Source: Bacillota bacterium (GTDB lineage: Bacteria; Bacillota; Desulfotomaculia; Desulfotomaculales; Nap2-2B). Taken from it: a stretch of 64,000 bases of DNA. The stretch covers positions 19,126 to 83,125 of the forward strand of contig JBFMBG010000003.1 in NCBI GenBank assembly GCA_040755215.1, read 5' to 3'. The notes below the pieces were generated by a model that saw nothing but the letters and a program-made list of their open reading frames with translations, was not told the origin of the DNA and ran no database searches. Positions 26,589 through 36,592 of the stretch are shown piece after piece. The stretch's first letter is position 1, and each line of letters starts with the position of its first letter. A program made the translations under genes and the position numbers.

Positions 26589-26666
26589 GTACGAAAAAAA
26601 GCGCTTTTGCAGCGCTTTTTTAGTTCCCATTTCAAATTTCTTCACCAAAACGGAGGTTGCCCCATT

Positions 26667-27113
26667 ATGGTTTTAGAGCAGGTTACAGCTTTTGCCTTAA
26701 CGATCAGCCTCGGCTTGCTGGCCGGGTTCATTTACGACTTTTACAGGGCCCTGCGCAGAAGCCTGCGCCTGAAAAGAGCCGGCAGTTTTCTTGGGGATTT
26801 ATTGTTTTGGCTTACTTTAACCGTTTTTGTTTTTGGGATGTTGATTCTGATTAATGCCGGCGAGGTGCGTTTTTACGTAATCCTGGGGATGGCGCTGGGG
26901 GCCCTGGTTTATTTTAGTTTGTTCAGTAGATTGGGTTACGGAGCTATTTTGCTTTTTTTCCGTTTTTTCAGCAAAGCTTTTTTTTACCTGGTCAGCCTGT
27001 TAAATTCTTTGTGGCGAATAGTCACTTTTCCTTTTCGAATGATTTTGCTGGCCCTCGTCGGGCCCGTGGCTTTTTTCGCCAGGGTTTTAAAAGCAATCAA
27101 AAGACGCTTTTAA
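26667..27113 (+). CDS. yabQ: Spore cortex biosynthesis protein YabQ
   Basis: Trimmed to ATG 26667 (SD GGAGG). Multi-pass membrane protein beginning ...LTISLGLLAGFIYDFYRAL, the conserved YabQ N-terminus. Confidence 0.7.
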   Translation: MVLEQVTAFALTISLGLLAGFIYDFYRALRRSLRLKRAGSFLGDLLFWLTLTVFVFGMLILINAGEVRFYVILGMALGALVYFSLFSRLGYGAILLFFRFFSKAFFYLVSLLNSLWRIVTFPFRMILLALVGPVAFFARVLKAIKRRF

Positions 27114-27221
27114 AAATTTTTTCTTACGCTAAGGAGGATTTTTCAAAGTGGTCTCGAAGGAATGTAATTAGTTTGTATTAATTTTGTATAAATCTTGTAC
27201 TTGGATGCGGGGAGCCGCCAG

Positions 27222-27449
27222 ATGAAGGTGGAAATCCGGGGGGTTGAAAAATTAAGCTTTCGCGAACGCCAGGTGGTGGCGCTGAAAGAAATGGGTTATT
27301 CAAATGAGCAGATTGCCCGGCGCCTCAACTTAAGCGCCGGTACGGTGGCTACTTTGTTTAACCGGGCGCGCACCAAAGGATATGAAGTGGTTATTGTTAT
27401 TCCCGGGGATCATCTGGGCATTTTTGGTTCAGATGAAGAGGAGGCTTAA
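27222..27449 (+). CDS. Small LuxR/sigma-70-region-4-type HTH protein
   Basis: Trimmed to ATG 27222 (SD GGGGAG 7 nt upstream). LSFRERQVVALKEMGYSNEQIARRLNLSAGTVATLFNRAR is a GerE/LuxR-type HTH. 75 aa. Confidence 0.5.
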   Translation: MKVEIRGVEKLSFRERQVVALKEMGYSNEQIARRLNLSAGTVATLFNRARTKGYEVVIVIPGDHLGIFGSDEEEA

Positions 27450-27452
27450 AGC

Positions 27453-27806
27453 ATGGCTTCGCCGGCGGTAAAATACTACCCCTTCCAGCAAAAAACGCCT
27501 TTTCGAAAAAAGCGTGTTTTTCGCCTTTCGAAAAGCAAGCTCCCGTTATTGGTGCTGCTCGTTTTGCTGTTTTACCTGGCCATTACTTTTACCCTCCAGT
27601 TTCACAGGTTAGCCGCCTTGCACCAGGAAATCCGGCAGGTGCAGAAGCAAGTTACGGAATTGCAATCGAAAAACAACGAATTACGTGAACAGTTAAAACG
27701 AGTGCAATCTGATTCGTATATAGAGCAGATGGCCAGGGAAAAGCTGGGCTTGATTAAGCCGGGCGAAGCCAGGATAGTGCCGCTGGAACCCAGTCGCAAA
27801 CAATAG
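27453..27806 (+). CDS. divIC: Septum formation initiator DivIC/FtsB
   Basis: One N-terminal TM helix (LPLLVLLVLLFYLAITF), then a coiled coil (LHQEIRQVQKQVTELQSKNNELREQL) and YIEQMAREKLGLIKPGE. Confidence 0.78.
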   Translation: MASPAVKYYPFQQKTPFRKKRVFRLSKSKLPLLVLLVLLFYLAITFTLQFHRLAALHQEIRQVQKQVTELQSKNNELREQLKRVQSDSYIEQMAREKLGLIKPGEARIVPLEPSRKQ

Positions 27807-27808
27807 TA

Positions 27809-27838
27809 TTGACATCTTTTTATTCTCCCGCATATAAT
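27809..27838 (+). promoter_or_regulatory. Sigma-A-type promoter upstream of yabR
   Basis: TTGACA (27809-14), 18 nt spacer, TATAAT (27833-38). Confidence 0.5.
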
Positions 27839-27883
27839 TGAATTAAGTTTTTTCAGAGCTCCGGGGAGGATACTTGCAAAAGC

Positions 27884-28270
27884 ATGCCTGTAAAGGTTGG
27901 AGCTGTTTTAGAAGGCATTGTGACAGGAATCACTAATTTTGGTGCCTTCATTCAACTTCCCGATGGCGAGACCGGTTTGGTGCATATTTCTGAAGTAGCC
28001 CGGGTTTACGTCAAAGATATCAGAGACTTTTTAAAAGAAAAAGACAAGGTTACCGTAAAAGTCATTTCTGTAGACGCCCGGGGAAAAATCGGCCTGTCCA
28101 TAAAACAGGTTTACCATCTCGAAGACGATCTTGTCCGGCAGAAAAAGCCCGATAATATATCCTTTGAAGAAAAACTGGCCCGCTTTTTAAAAGAAAGTGA
28201 GGAAAAACACCAGCACCTGCGCCGCAGCCAGGACGCCAAACGGGGCGGCCGGGGTTCCACCAGAGTCTAA
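27884..28270 (+). CDS. yabR: S1-domain RNA-binding protein YabR
   Basis: VGAVLEGIVTGITNFGAFIQLPDGETGLVHISEVA...VKVISVDARGKIGLSIKQ is an S1 fold. Basic C-terminal tail. Confidence 0.82.
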   Translation: MPVKVGAVLEGIVTGITNFGAFIQLPDGETGLVHISEVARVYVKDIRDFLKEKDKVTVKVISVDARGKIGLSIKQVYHLEDDLVRQKKPDNISFEEKLARFLKESEEKHQHLRRSQDAKRGGRGSTRV

Positions 28271-28528
28271 ATCCCCCTCACCGGCAACCGTTTAAATTTT
28301 CCCCTGTCATTCCGTCCTGATTCCGCACCTGTTGCCAAACAAACCTCCGAACGAATCCCGTTTCCCAGGTTATTCAAAAGGGGCTTCAACCTTCTTGCCC
28401 GCGAGCTCTTTTTCAAGAATTTGTCATTTAATTTTATCCTGATTCATTTTCCGGTCCGGGGAGTATATAATATTACCCAACTTTAAGGTTTCAGCTTAAA
28501 AATTTATCGGGACGGGGGAGAGGAAAGA

Positions 28529-29407
28529 TTGCGCGTGGCGGTAATCGATATTGGTACCAACTCCACACGCCTTTTAATTGCCGACGTGGGAAATGGAAGG
28601 TTAAGGGTACTTCATACCGGCCTGGTTACAACCAGGCTCGGGGAGGGTATTGAGGGAGGATACTTGCTCAGGCGGGCCATTGAACGGACGGTGACTGTGC
28701 TCAAAAAATACCTGCAGGTTGGGCAATCGTGGCAGGTAAAAAAGACGATAGCCGTGGCCACCAGTGCCGTACGCTGCGCTCTTAACAGGGAGAGTTTTTT
28801 AAGGATGGTTTTTGAGCAGACGGGTTTGCAAGTGAGGGTTCTTTCCGGGGAGGAAGAGGCACACTACGCATACCTGGGGGTAGTTAGCGGCTTGCCTGTT
28901 AATCCCGAAGAAGTGCTGGTTATGGACGTCGGCGGGGGAAGCACTGAATTTACCTGGCGCAAGGACGGCCGGCTTTATTTGCGGAGTGTTGACGTAGGGG
29001 CGGTACGCGCGACGGAAGGATCCTATACCGGGGAGCGCATCCGCCGGTTATTAGAGCCGGTTCTGAAAGAAATAAAGGAAATCCCGCCGGGTACCCTGGC
29101 TGGCGTCGGAGGGACCGTAACTACCCTGGCCGCCATGGCGATGGGCCTGCGGGTTTACGATCCCGTCCTGGTGCATGGTTATGTTTTAAAGTGCGAACAG
29201 ATTGCCGATCTTTTTACTCTGTTAGTGCGCACTCCGCTGGAAAGGCGCCGCCTGTTGCCCGGCCTCCAACCGGAACGCGCCGATATCATTATCGCCGGAG
29301 TCTGGATTGTTCTTACCGTAATGAATGGTTTAGGGTTGGCTTCGCTGCTGGTAAGCGAAGCGGACATGATGCACGGACTCGCCTTAAATTGTCGAAATAA
29401 AAAATAG
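28529..29407 (+). CDS. Ppx/GppA-family phosphatase (short, two-domain form)
   Basis: VAVIDIGTNSTRLLIADV, ATSAVRCALN, DVGGGSTEF: ASKHA-fold motifs of exopolyphosphatase/GppA. 292 aa. Confidence 0.8.
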   Translation: MRVAVIDIGTNSTRLLIADVGNGRLRVLHTGLVTTRLGEGIEGGYLLRRAIERTVTVLKKYLQVGQSWQVKKTIAVATSAVRCALNRESFLRMVFEQTGLQVRVLSGEEEAHYAYLGVVSGLPVNPEEVLVMDVGGGSTEFTWRKDGRLYLRSVDVGAVRATEGSYTGERIRRLLEPVLKEIKEIPPGTLAGVGGTVTTLAAMAMGLRVYDPVLVHGYVLKCEQIADLFTLLVRTPLERRRLLPGLQPERADIIIAGVWIVLTVMNGLGLASLLVSEADMMHGLALNCRNKK

Positions 29408-29453
29408 TTAATATTACCAGACATGACAATTATTGCTTGCCCCTTGTACTATA

Positions 29454-29640
29454 ATTTAAATTAATGATCAGGCACAAAGTTTCCCAGGCACAAAGGCATA
29501 AAGTCTATATTCCCGGTACATTTCTCTTTGTGCCTCTGTGTCTTAGTGCCTTTATTTATTCCGCTTCGTGGAGAGTAGCTCCTTTTTATTCCATATATGG
29601 AAGGCAGAAAAAAAGAAAATTCCTATGGAATTAAATTTTA
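29454..29640 (+). repeat. ~190-bp structured intergenic repeat element, copy B (abuts the spoIIE start)
   Basis: Aligns with copy C and with the reverse complement of copy A. Contains inverted GGCACAAAG/CTTTGTGCC arms around atattcccgg, a 14-bp palindrome ttccatatatggaa, and attccata...tatggaat arms. Confidence 0.85.
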
Positions 29641-29647
29641 ATGAGGG

Positions 29648-32215
29648 GTGGGTAAGCAATTGTCGGATAAAATTGAAGTTTATCCCTTCCGGCGACTGAA
29701 GAAAGAGACGAAGAAAGAAACGGCTTTCAAGAGGAAAAGGGAAAAGGCGGGAAGCGCGTCCGGAAAACGGGGCAGAAAGGCGAAAGGAGAGCAAAAAGCA
29801 GAAGGATTACCGGTTTTATCAACTGGCTCGCGAAAAAAAGAATTTGAAAATAGGGAAAAGGCGAAATCATTCCGGCTGTTTTCCGCAATTGGAAAACAAC
29901 TGTTTTTGTGCGGGGCAGGTTTTTTCCTGGGCAAGGCGGTTTTGCTGGACGAGCTGGCGCCTTTTGCTCCTGCCTTCACAGCCGCGGCTGCGTGGGTTTT
30001 TCCGGCCCAGGCGGTGCCCGCGGCATTGGCGGTTATTGCCGGAATCGTAACGCATGGGAAAAGCGTCCTGATTAACACCATCACCGTTCTCTTGGTTTTG
30101 CCCCTGCTCCTTGGCTTATCCAAAGATATTAAAAAACCCTGGTTGTTACTCCCTGGTCTTGTGTTTACGGTCACCCTCGTCACGAAAGCCGGCTTTCTTG
30201 CTTTTTCCAGCGCGTTGCCGTACGATTACATCGCTGTTCTCTTTGAGGCGATTTTTGCCGGAACGTGCACGCTGATTTTTTCTTATGCCCTCCCCTCGTT
30301 ACGGAAATTCGATGGCGTTCAAAATTTAAATGCCGAAGAACTTTTTTGTGTGTTTATTCTTTGCACTGCCGTTGTGGCCGGCACCGGTAGTTTAAGTGTC
30401 TGGGAGATTACTCTCCAGGGTTTTTTATCCCGTTTGATTATTCTCACCGCCGCTTTAATCGGCGGAATGGGTCAGGGGGCTGCCGCCGGTGCGCTCCTGG
30501 GAATCATTCCTGGTCTGGCTTACACGGGCGTGCCCGTGATGATGGGAGCCTATTCTTTTGCCGGCCTGCTGGCAGGAGCCGGCCGGGCTTTGGGAAAAGC
30601 GGGGGTGGCCATGGGCTTTTTACTGGGCAATATTATCCTTTCTATTTACCTCCAAAATTTTGGGCATTTAGTTGCCGTATTGTCCGAAACGGGCCTGGCT
30701 ATGCTGTTCTTTTTTGCTATCCCGGCAGCGTATACGGAAAAGATCAGCGCTTCGCTAGCGGTCTTGAGCGTTATGCCTGGGGACAACAAGAAAATTCAAG
30801 CGGCCGTAACGGGGCGGATGCGGAAATGGTCGCATATTTTTAGAGAATTAGCGCATAGCTATGCGGCAGCTGCCTCTCCATCCCCGAATTATCGGGAAGA
30901 ACCGGCACTGCAGAGCTTATTTAACGAAATTAGCAATAAAGTGTGCAGCGGCTGCGGTCTTTTCCGGACCTGCTGGGAGCGGGAGTTTTACCGCACCTAC
31001 CAGAGTTTTTTGGGCATGTTCACGTATGTGGAGATTTACGGCCAGGTTACCGCTGAAGATTTGCCGGAAGTTTTAAAGCGGCGGTGCACCAGGGGAAAAG
31101 AGCTCGCCATCACCATTACCTGTTTATACGATACCTACAAGTTAAACCGTTACTGGGCGAGAAGGTTTCTGGAAAGCAAAGAAATCCTTTCCGAGCAGTT
31201 AAAAAGCGTCTCGGAAGTTATTGAAGACTTAAGCCAACAGTTGCCGCTCGAGTTGGAAGCCTCTGCCCAGAAAGAAATTTTTCTTAAAGAAAAGTTGAAG
31301 CAAGCCGGCGTGCCGGCCGTAGAGGTGAAAATTTATCCCCAGGAAAACGGCAAAAAAGAAATTTTTTTAAAGAGGCAGCCTTGCGCCGACCAGCGGGACT
31401 GTTATGCATCCCTGGTTCCGGTAATCTCCCAGCTGATGGAAGAACCGCTGGCGTTGCCGAATCAAAATTGTACCGGTGTTAAAGAGGGGCTGTGTCACCT
31501 TCGCCTTTACCCGGAGCTCAAATACCAGGTAAAAATTGGGGTGGCTAAAATTGGCAAGGGTGGAAGCTCCGTTTCCGGGGACAGCCACACTTTTGTCTCT
31601 TTAAGGGGAGGCAAATTTGCTTTTATCCTTAGCGATGGCATGGGGACGGGCCCGCCGGCGGCACTGCAAAGCGGTACCACTGTTTCGCTTTTGGAGCATC
31701 TTTTGGAGTCGGGCTTAAACACAGGACTGGCGATTAAAACTGTCAATTCCCTGATGATGTCGCGCTCCGGGGGGGACAACTTTGCCACGATAGATATGGT
31801 CATGCTGGACTTGTATAGTGGACAAGCCGAATTTATCAAGATTGGCGCCCCTCCCGGTCTGATCGCCCGCGGCCGGCGGGTCAGCCAGGTCAAAGCGGCC
31901 TCCTTGCCGGCAGGCATCATAAAAGATATAGACGTTACCAGTGTGGCCAAAAGTTTAGCGAAAGGGGATTTGCTGGTCATCTTTAGCGACGGTTTATTGG
32001 ATACTTATAAAGGCCCCAGGGAAAAAGAAGAATGGGCGAAAGAAGTTCTCCAGGATGCTTCCGGACTGGATCCCCAGGAAATCGCCGACTTGTTTTTAAA
32101 GCTGGCCCAGGCGAACGCCGGCGGGGAGGCGCACATTGCCGACGATATCACCATAATCGTAGCGAGAATTCAAGAAAGAAGAAACTGGGAACATAGGAAA
32201 GAACTGTCGGGCTGA
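29648..32215 (+). CDS. spoIIE: Stage II sporulation protein E (PP2C serine phosphatase)
   Basis: About 10 TM segments, then a regulatory region and a PP2C domain (VSGDSHTF...FILSDGMGTG...ATIDMVMLDL...LVIFSDGL...DDITIIVARI). The start may be TTG 29660, which has better SD spacing. Lys/Arg-rich N-terminal tail. Confidence 0.92.
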   Translation: MGKQLSDKIEVYPFRRLKKETKKETAFKRKREKAGSASGKRGRKAKGEQKAEGLPVLSTGSRKKEFENREKAKSFRLFSAIGKQLFLCGAGFFLGKAVLLDELAPFAPAFTAAAAWVFPAQAVPAALAVIAGIVTHGKSVLINTITVLLVLPLLLGLSKDIKKPWLLLPGLVFTVTLVTKAGFLAFSSALPYDYIAVLFEAIFAGTCTLIFSYALPSLRKFDGVQNLNAEELFCVFILCTAVVAGTGSLSVWEITLQGFLSRLIILTAALIGGMGQGAAAGALLGIIPGLAYTGVPVMMGAYSFAGLLAGAGRALGKAGVAMGFLLGNIILSIYLQNFGHLVAVLSETGLAMLFFFAIPAAYTEKISASLAVLSVMPGDNKKIQAAVTGRMRKWSHIFRELAHSYAAAASPSPNYREEPALQSLFNEISNKVCSGCGLFRTCWEREFYRTYQSFLGMFTYVEIYGQVTAEDLPEVLKRRCTRGKELAITITCLYDTYKLNRYWARRFLESKEILSEQLKSVSEVIEDLSQQLPLELEASAQKEIFLKEKLKQAGVPAVEVKIYPQENGKKEIFLKRQPCADQRDCYASLVPVISQLMEEPLALPNQNCTGVKEGLCHLRLYPELKYQVKIGVAKIGKGGSSVSGDSHTFVSLRGGKFAFILSDGMGTGPPAALQSGTTVSLLEHLLESGLNTGLAIKTVNSLMMSRSGGDNFATIDMVMLDLYSGQAEFIKIGAPPGLIARGRRVSQVKAASLPAGIIKDIDVTSVAKSLAKGDLLVIFSDGLLDTYKGPREKEEWAKEVLQDASGLDPQEIADLFLKLAQANAGGEAHIADDITIIVARIQERRNWEHRKELSG

Positions 32216-32267
32216 AAGGGATTGGGGGGATAACCCACCTTTGTTCTTAAAAGCAGGGGATGTTTTT

Positions 32268-32295
32268 ACCTCCGGTTTAATTCCGGAGGTTTTTA
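32268..32295 (+). terminator. Rho-independent terminator after spoIIE
   Basis: acctccgg-tttaatt-ccggaggt followed by tttt. Confidence 0.75.
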
Positions 32296-32466
32296 AATTA
32301 AAGATCAGGCACAAAGTTTCCCAGGCACTAAGGCACAAAGTTAATATTCCCGGGGCATTTCTCTTTGTGCCTTAGTGCCTTTATTTACTCCGCTCCGTGG
32401 AGAAGTAGCTCTGTTTATTCCATATCTGGAAGGTAGAAAAAAAGAAAATTCGTATGGAATTAGATT
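32293..32466 (+). repeat. ~190-bp structured intergenic repeat element, copy C
   Basis: Same orientation as copy B. Contains a perfect 18-bp inverted repeat: aggcactaaggcacaaag (32323-32340) and ctttgtgccttagtgcct (32363-32380), with a 22-nt loop. Confidence 0.85.
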
Positions 32467-32558
32467 GAGATGTTTTAAGAAGTTTTAATGATGAAGGAAA
32501 ATTATTGCCAGCATGGAAATATAAATATCGGGAGTTTGCAAGTGCAGGTGTTTGTCTG

Positions 32559-33965
32559 GTGAATTTACTTGAACAGGTTTTTTTCCTGATCAGAAAGCAC
32601 TGCCTGATCGCGGAAGAAGAAAAGATTTTGGTCGGCGTTTCCGGGGGCCCCGATTCCATCGCTCTTTTGCATATCTTATGGATGTTGCGGGACGAGTTAA
32701 AAATTTTTTTGCACGTGGCCCACTTGAATCACCAGTTAAGGGGGGAGGAGGCGCGGGCGGACGCGCTGTTTGTCCAGGATTTTGCCGAAAAACTAAACCT
32801 GCCGTATACTATTGAAAGTTTTGATGTCCGGACTCTGCAAAAGGAAACCGGCCTTTCTCTTCAGGAGGCGGCGCGGGAAGCGCGCTTTGCTTTTTTTGAG
32901 CGGGAAGTCCGGCGCCTGAAGGCCGATAAAGTGGCCCTGGGGCACCACGCGGACGATCAGGCGGAGACAATTTTGTTCAATTTGCTCCGGGGTACCGGGG
33001 TGAAGGGATTGGGGGGCATCCCCCCTTTACGCGGCATTTATATCCGCCCTCTTTTAGAGGTACGCCGCCAGGAAATCGAGGCGTACTGCCGGGTTCACGC
33101 GCTGCCTTTCCGCCTGGATCCTTCCAATTTAAAGCCGGTTTATACCCGCAACCGGATCAGACTGCAATTACTGCCCTTGCTGGAACATGAATATAACCCG
33201 CAGTTGGCCAGGGTGCTGGTTCGTCTGGGGAATATTTGCCGGGAAGAGAACGCCTACCTGGAACTGCTGGCGCGAGAAGCTTACCAGAGAGTAGTGGAAA
33301 AAGAAAAAGAAGGCGAACTGGTTTTGAACCGGGCCTCTCTGGTCGCGCAACCACTTCCTTTAAGGCGGCGGATTTTCCGGCTGGCCTGGCAACGGGTCAG
33401 CGGGGAAACGAAAGAGCTTGCCTACGAGCACGTGGAGCGCTTACTGGAAATGTTGGCAAATGGCGCGCGGGCCCTGGCTCTTCCGGGCGGCGTCAGGGCG
33501 GTGAAGACGAAAAATACTTTTCGGTTGTTCAGGAACGATCAGCTCCAAAGGATCCCCCCCTATCAATATCCCCTGGTAATTCCGGGAATAACTTTTATTC
33601 CCGAGCTCGATCTGGAAATTCAGGCGGAAATTTTGCCGGTTGAAAAGGCCCCCCCCTGGAAAGATCTGACCCTCCGGGAAGCTATCCTGGATTACGGTTT
33701 GGTTAAGGAACCTTTGCGGGTGCGCCGGCGAAAGGAGGGGGATGTTTTTGCTCCGCTGGGCCTGGGCGGAACGGTTAAGCTAAAAAAGTTTCTGATTGAC
33801 CAGAAAATCCCCAGGTCCGAACGCGATCGCCTCCCGCTGGTGGTCAGCGGGGAGGAAATCATGTGGGTGGGCGGTTTAAGAATGGCGGAACACTGGAAAG
33901 TAACCGAAAAAACGAAGGTGTGTTTATTTTTACAGATAAAGGAACATAATTCTAATTCTTATTAA
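32559..33965 (+). CDS. tilS: tRNA(Ile)-lysidine synthetase
   Basis: Trimmed to GTG 32559 (SD AGGTG 8 nt upstream). PP-loop VGVSGGPDSIALLH, HLNHQLRGEEA, GHHADDQAET, C-terminal TilS domain (RRRKEGDVF...KLKKFLID). Confidence 0.9.
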   Translation: MNLLEQVFFLIRKHCLIAEEEKILVGVSGGPDSIALLHILWMLRDELKIFLHVAHLNHQLRGEEARADALFVQDFAEKLNLPYTIESFDVRTLQKETGLSLQEAAREARFAFFEREVRRLKADKVALGHHADDQAETILFNLLRGTGVKGLGGIPPLRGIYIRPLLEVRRQEIEAYCRVHALPFRLDPSNLKPVYTRNRIRLQLLPLLEHEYNPQLARVLVRLGNICREENAYLELLAREAYQRVVEKEKEGELVLNRASLVAQPLPLRRRIFRLAWQRVSGETKELAYEHVERLLEMLANGARALALPGGVRAVKTKNTFRLFRNDQLQRIPPYQYPLVIPGITFIPELDLEIQAEILPVEKAPPWKDLTLREAILDYGLVKEPLRVRRRKEGDVFAPLGLGGTVKLKKFLIDQKIPRSERDRLPLVVSGEEIMWVGGLRMAEHWKVTEKTKVCLFLQIKEHNSNSY

Positions 33966-34064
33966 TTTATCAGGTATAATTGAAACAAGTACGTAATTAT
34001 GCTACAATTTTATTGGCACCCCAGTTTTCTTTGAAAACCGGCAAAGTCGAGAGGAGTGGCTTTT

Positions 34065-35888
34065 TTGAACAGGGTTCTCAAGAACCTGAGTATTTACCTG
34101 CTGATCGTTTTGGTCATTATTGCTTTATTAAAATACATGCAACCGCAGAATAATAACGTGGAGCGCTGGCGTTACGATCAGTTTGTTAGCGCCGTCCAGC
34201 AGGGACAGGTTCAGCAGGTGACCATCCAGGCTAAAGAAACAACTAATTTAATTACTGGTACAAAAAAGGACGGCACAAAGTTCCAGGTAACCGGGCTGAA
34301 GAATGATGCCGAACTGGTCAATTTGCTCCTGGGAAAAGGGGTACAGATTAATCCCGAAGCGCCTCCGACGCCCGGAGTTTGGACAAATATATTAACCAGT
34401 CTGGTGCCTGTTTTAATTTTTGTTTTGCTTTTTTTCTTTATGATGCAACAAACCCAGGGGGGCGGCAACCGGGTGATGTCCTTCGGGAAGAGCCGCGCCC
34501 GGCTGCATACGGACGATAAGCGAAAGGTAACCTTCGCTGATGTAGCCGGCGCCGACGAGGCTAAAGAGGAACTGGTGGAAATAGTGGAATTCTTGAAAAA
34601 CCCGAAGAAATTTGCGGAACTCGGCGCACGCATCCCGAAAGGAGTGCTGCTCTTTGGACCGCCCGGCACGGGGAAAACCCTGCTGGCCAGGGCGGTGGCC
34701 GGGGAGGCCGGCGTGCCCTTTTTCAGCATCAGCGGCTCGGACTTTGTGGAAATGTTCGTCGGCGTAGGGGCTTCCCGCGTACGCGATTTATTTGACCAGG
34801 CGAAAAAAAATGCCCCCTGTATAGTTTTCGTGGACGAGATTGACGCCGTGGGCCGCCAGCGGGGCGCCGGACTGGGCGGCGGCCACGACGAGCGGGAGCA
34901 GACGCTTAACCAGCTGCTGGTGGAAATGGATGGATTCAGCCCCAACGAGGGCATTATCATCATTGCCGCCACCAACCGGCCCGACATCCTGGACCCCGCT
35001 CTCTTGCGCCCGGGCCGTTTCGACCGGGAAGTGGTGGTGGACATTCCGGATATTAACGGGCGCAAGGAAATTTTAAAGGTGCATATGAAAGGCAAGCCGC
35101 TGGCCAGTGACGTGGATCTGGATGTACTGGCCCGCCGGACCCCGGGCTTTACCGGCGCCGATCTGGCCAACCTGGTCAATGAGGCGGCCCTGCTGGCAGC
35201 CCGTTACAATAAAAAGGAAATCGGTATGCGGGAACTGGAAGATTCCATAGAACGCGTGATTGCCGGACCGGAGAAAAAGTCCAAGGTAATCAGCGAAAAA
35301 GAAAAGAAGCTGGTTTCTTACCACGAAGCCGGACACGCCGTGGTGGGCTACCTCTTGCCCAATACTGATCCGGTGCACAAAGTTTCCATTATCCCCCGCG
35401 GGCGCGCCGGGGGTTATACACTTCTTTTGCCGAAGGAAGACCGTTACTACATGACTAAATCCATGCTGCTGGACCAGGTGACCATGCTTTTAGCCGGGCG
35501 GGTGGCCGAGGAACTGGTTTTAAAGGAAATCAGCACGGGTGCCCAGAATGACCTGGAACGTTCGACAGAAATCGTGCGCCGGATGATCATGGAATACGGC
35601 ATGAGCGAGGAGCTGGGTCCCATGACCCTGGGCCGCAAACACGAAACGCCTTTTCTGGGGCGCGACCTGGCGCGCGACCGCAACTACGGCGAAGAGGTGG
35701 CGGCGGCCATCGATAAAGAGGTGCGCCGGATGGTCGACGTGAATTATAATCGGGCAAGGGAAATACTAGAAAAGCACATCAACACCCTGCATTTAATTGC
35801 CGGTGCTTTAATGGAGAAAGAAACTCTGGAAGCCGAGGAGTTCGCCGCCTTAATGAAACAGGCCGGGGAAAAGGAGCACCAGGCGTAA
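34065..35888 (+). CDS. ftsH: ATP-dependent zinc metalloprotease FtsH
   Basis: Trimmed to TTG 34065 (SD GAGGAG 8 nt upstream). Two TM segments, AAA module [21 protein letters not shown], and zinc site HEAGHAV. Confidence 0.96.
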   Translation: MNRVLKNLSIYLLIVLVIIALLKYMQPQNNNVERWRYDQFVSAVQQGQVQQVTIQAKETTNLITGTKKDGTKFQVTGLKNDAELVNLLLGKGVQINPEAPPTPGVWTNILTSLVPVLIFVLLFFFMMQQTQGGGNRVMSFGKSRARLHTDDKRKVTFADVAGADEAKEELVEIVEFLKNPKKFAELGARIPKGVLLFGPPGTGKTLLARAVAGEAGVPFFSISGSDFVEMFVGVGASRVRDLFDQAKKNAPCIVFVDEIDAVGRQRGAGLGGGHDEREQTLNQLLVEMDGFSPNEGIIIIAATNRPDILDPALLRPGRFDREVVVDIPDINGRKEILKVHMKGKPLASDVDLDVLARRTPGFTGADLANLVNEAALLAARYNKKEIGMRELEDSIERVIAGPEKKSKVISEKEKKLVSYHEAGHAVVGYLLPNTDPVHKVSIIPRGRAGGYTLLLPKEDRYYMTKSMLLDQVTMLLAGRVAEELVLKEISTGAQNDLERSTEIVRRMIMEYGMSEELGPMTLGRKHETPFLGRDLARDRNYGEEVAAAIDKEVRRMVDVNYNRAREILEKHINTLHLIAGALMEKETLEAEEFAALMKQAGEKEHQA

Positions 35889-35969
35889 ATCGGTCGTCGG
35901 TCGTCGGAAGTCAGACGTCGGAGATGAAAACTTGAGAGGAGTGATTGGCCGGAGGGTTCCGGCAAAGCA

Positions 35970-36419
35970 ATGGAAAGAACTTTTGTCATGATCAAGCCCG
36001 ATGGAGTCCAGAGAAACCTGGTGGGTGAAATCATCGCCCGGTTTGAGGCCCGGGGGCTGAAAATTGCCGCACTGAAAATGCTGCAGATTTCCCGGGAACT
36101 GGCGGAAAAACACTACGGTGAGCACAAGGGAAAGCCTTTTTTTAACCCGCTGGTGAATTATATCACTTCCAGTCCGGTGGTGGCCATGGTTTTGGAAGGG
36201 AAAGAAGCCGTGCAAACCGTCCGGAACATGATGGGCGCCACCAACCCGCTGGCGGCCGCGCCGGGCACCATCAGGGCGGCCTACGGCCTGGACATCGGGC
36301 GCAACGTGGTGCACGGCTCCGATTCCCCGGCCAGTGCCCAAAGGGAAATCGACCTTTTCTTTAAACCGGAAGAAATTTGCGTTTACGTCAAAGATACCGA
36401 ACGGTGGCTTTACGAATAA
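35970..36419 (+). CDS. ndk: Nucleoside-diphosphate kinase
   Basis: [22 protein letters not shown]..., active site NVVHGSDS. 149 aa. Confidence 0.96.
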   Translation: MERTFVMIKPDGVQRNLVGEIIARFEARGLKIAALKMLQISRELAEKHYGEHKGKPFFNPLVNYITSSPVVAMVLEGKEAVQTVRNMMGATNPLAAAPGTIRAAYGLDIGRNVVHGSDSPASAQREIDLFFKPEEICVYVKDTERWLYE

Positions 36420-36445
36420 AGGGCGTTGCCAAAACGCCCTTTATT
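36418..36445 (+). terminator. Intrinsic terminator after ndk
   Basis: aaagggcgtt-gcc-aaaacgcccttt hairpin followed by attat. The U-tract is short. Confidence 0.6.
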
Positions 36446-36592
36446 AGATCCGATCTTCCTGGAAAATATCAGGCCAAGGTTTTCCAGGCACAAAAGCGCA
36501 AACCCTCGTTTTTCTATTTCCTTCAGCAGGAATTTACCCAACAAAGAAAGAAGATAATAAAAAGATATACCTTTCGAGTGAGGGGTATTTTT

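Noticed and set aside
29552-29794. Small ORFs running through the 190-bp repeat copies: 29552..29794(-), 32381..32659(-) and 10559..10855(-).
   Set aside because: They lack an SD and their frames differ between copies. Indels between copies break the reading frame, and they overlap real gene starts. The element is better explained as non-coding.
35889-35925. Short tandem cggtcgt-cggtcgt-cgg repeat after the ftsH stop.
   Set aside because: Only two and a half copies of a 7-mer, with no associated structure or second occurrence. Treated as chance.
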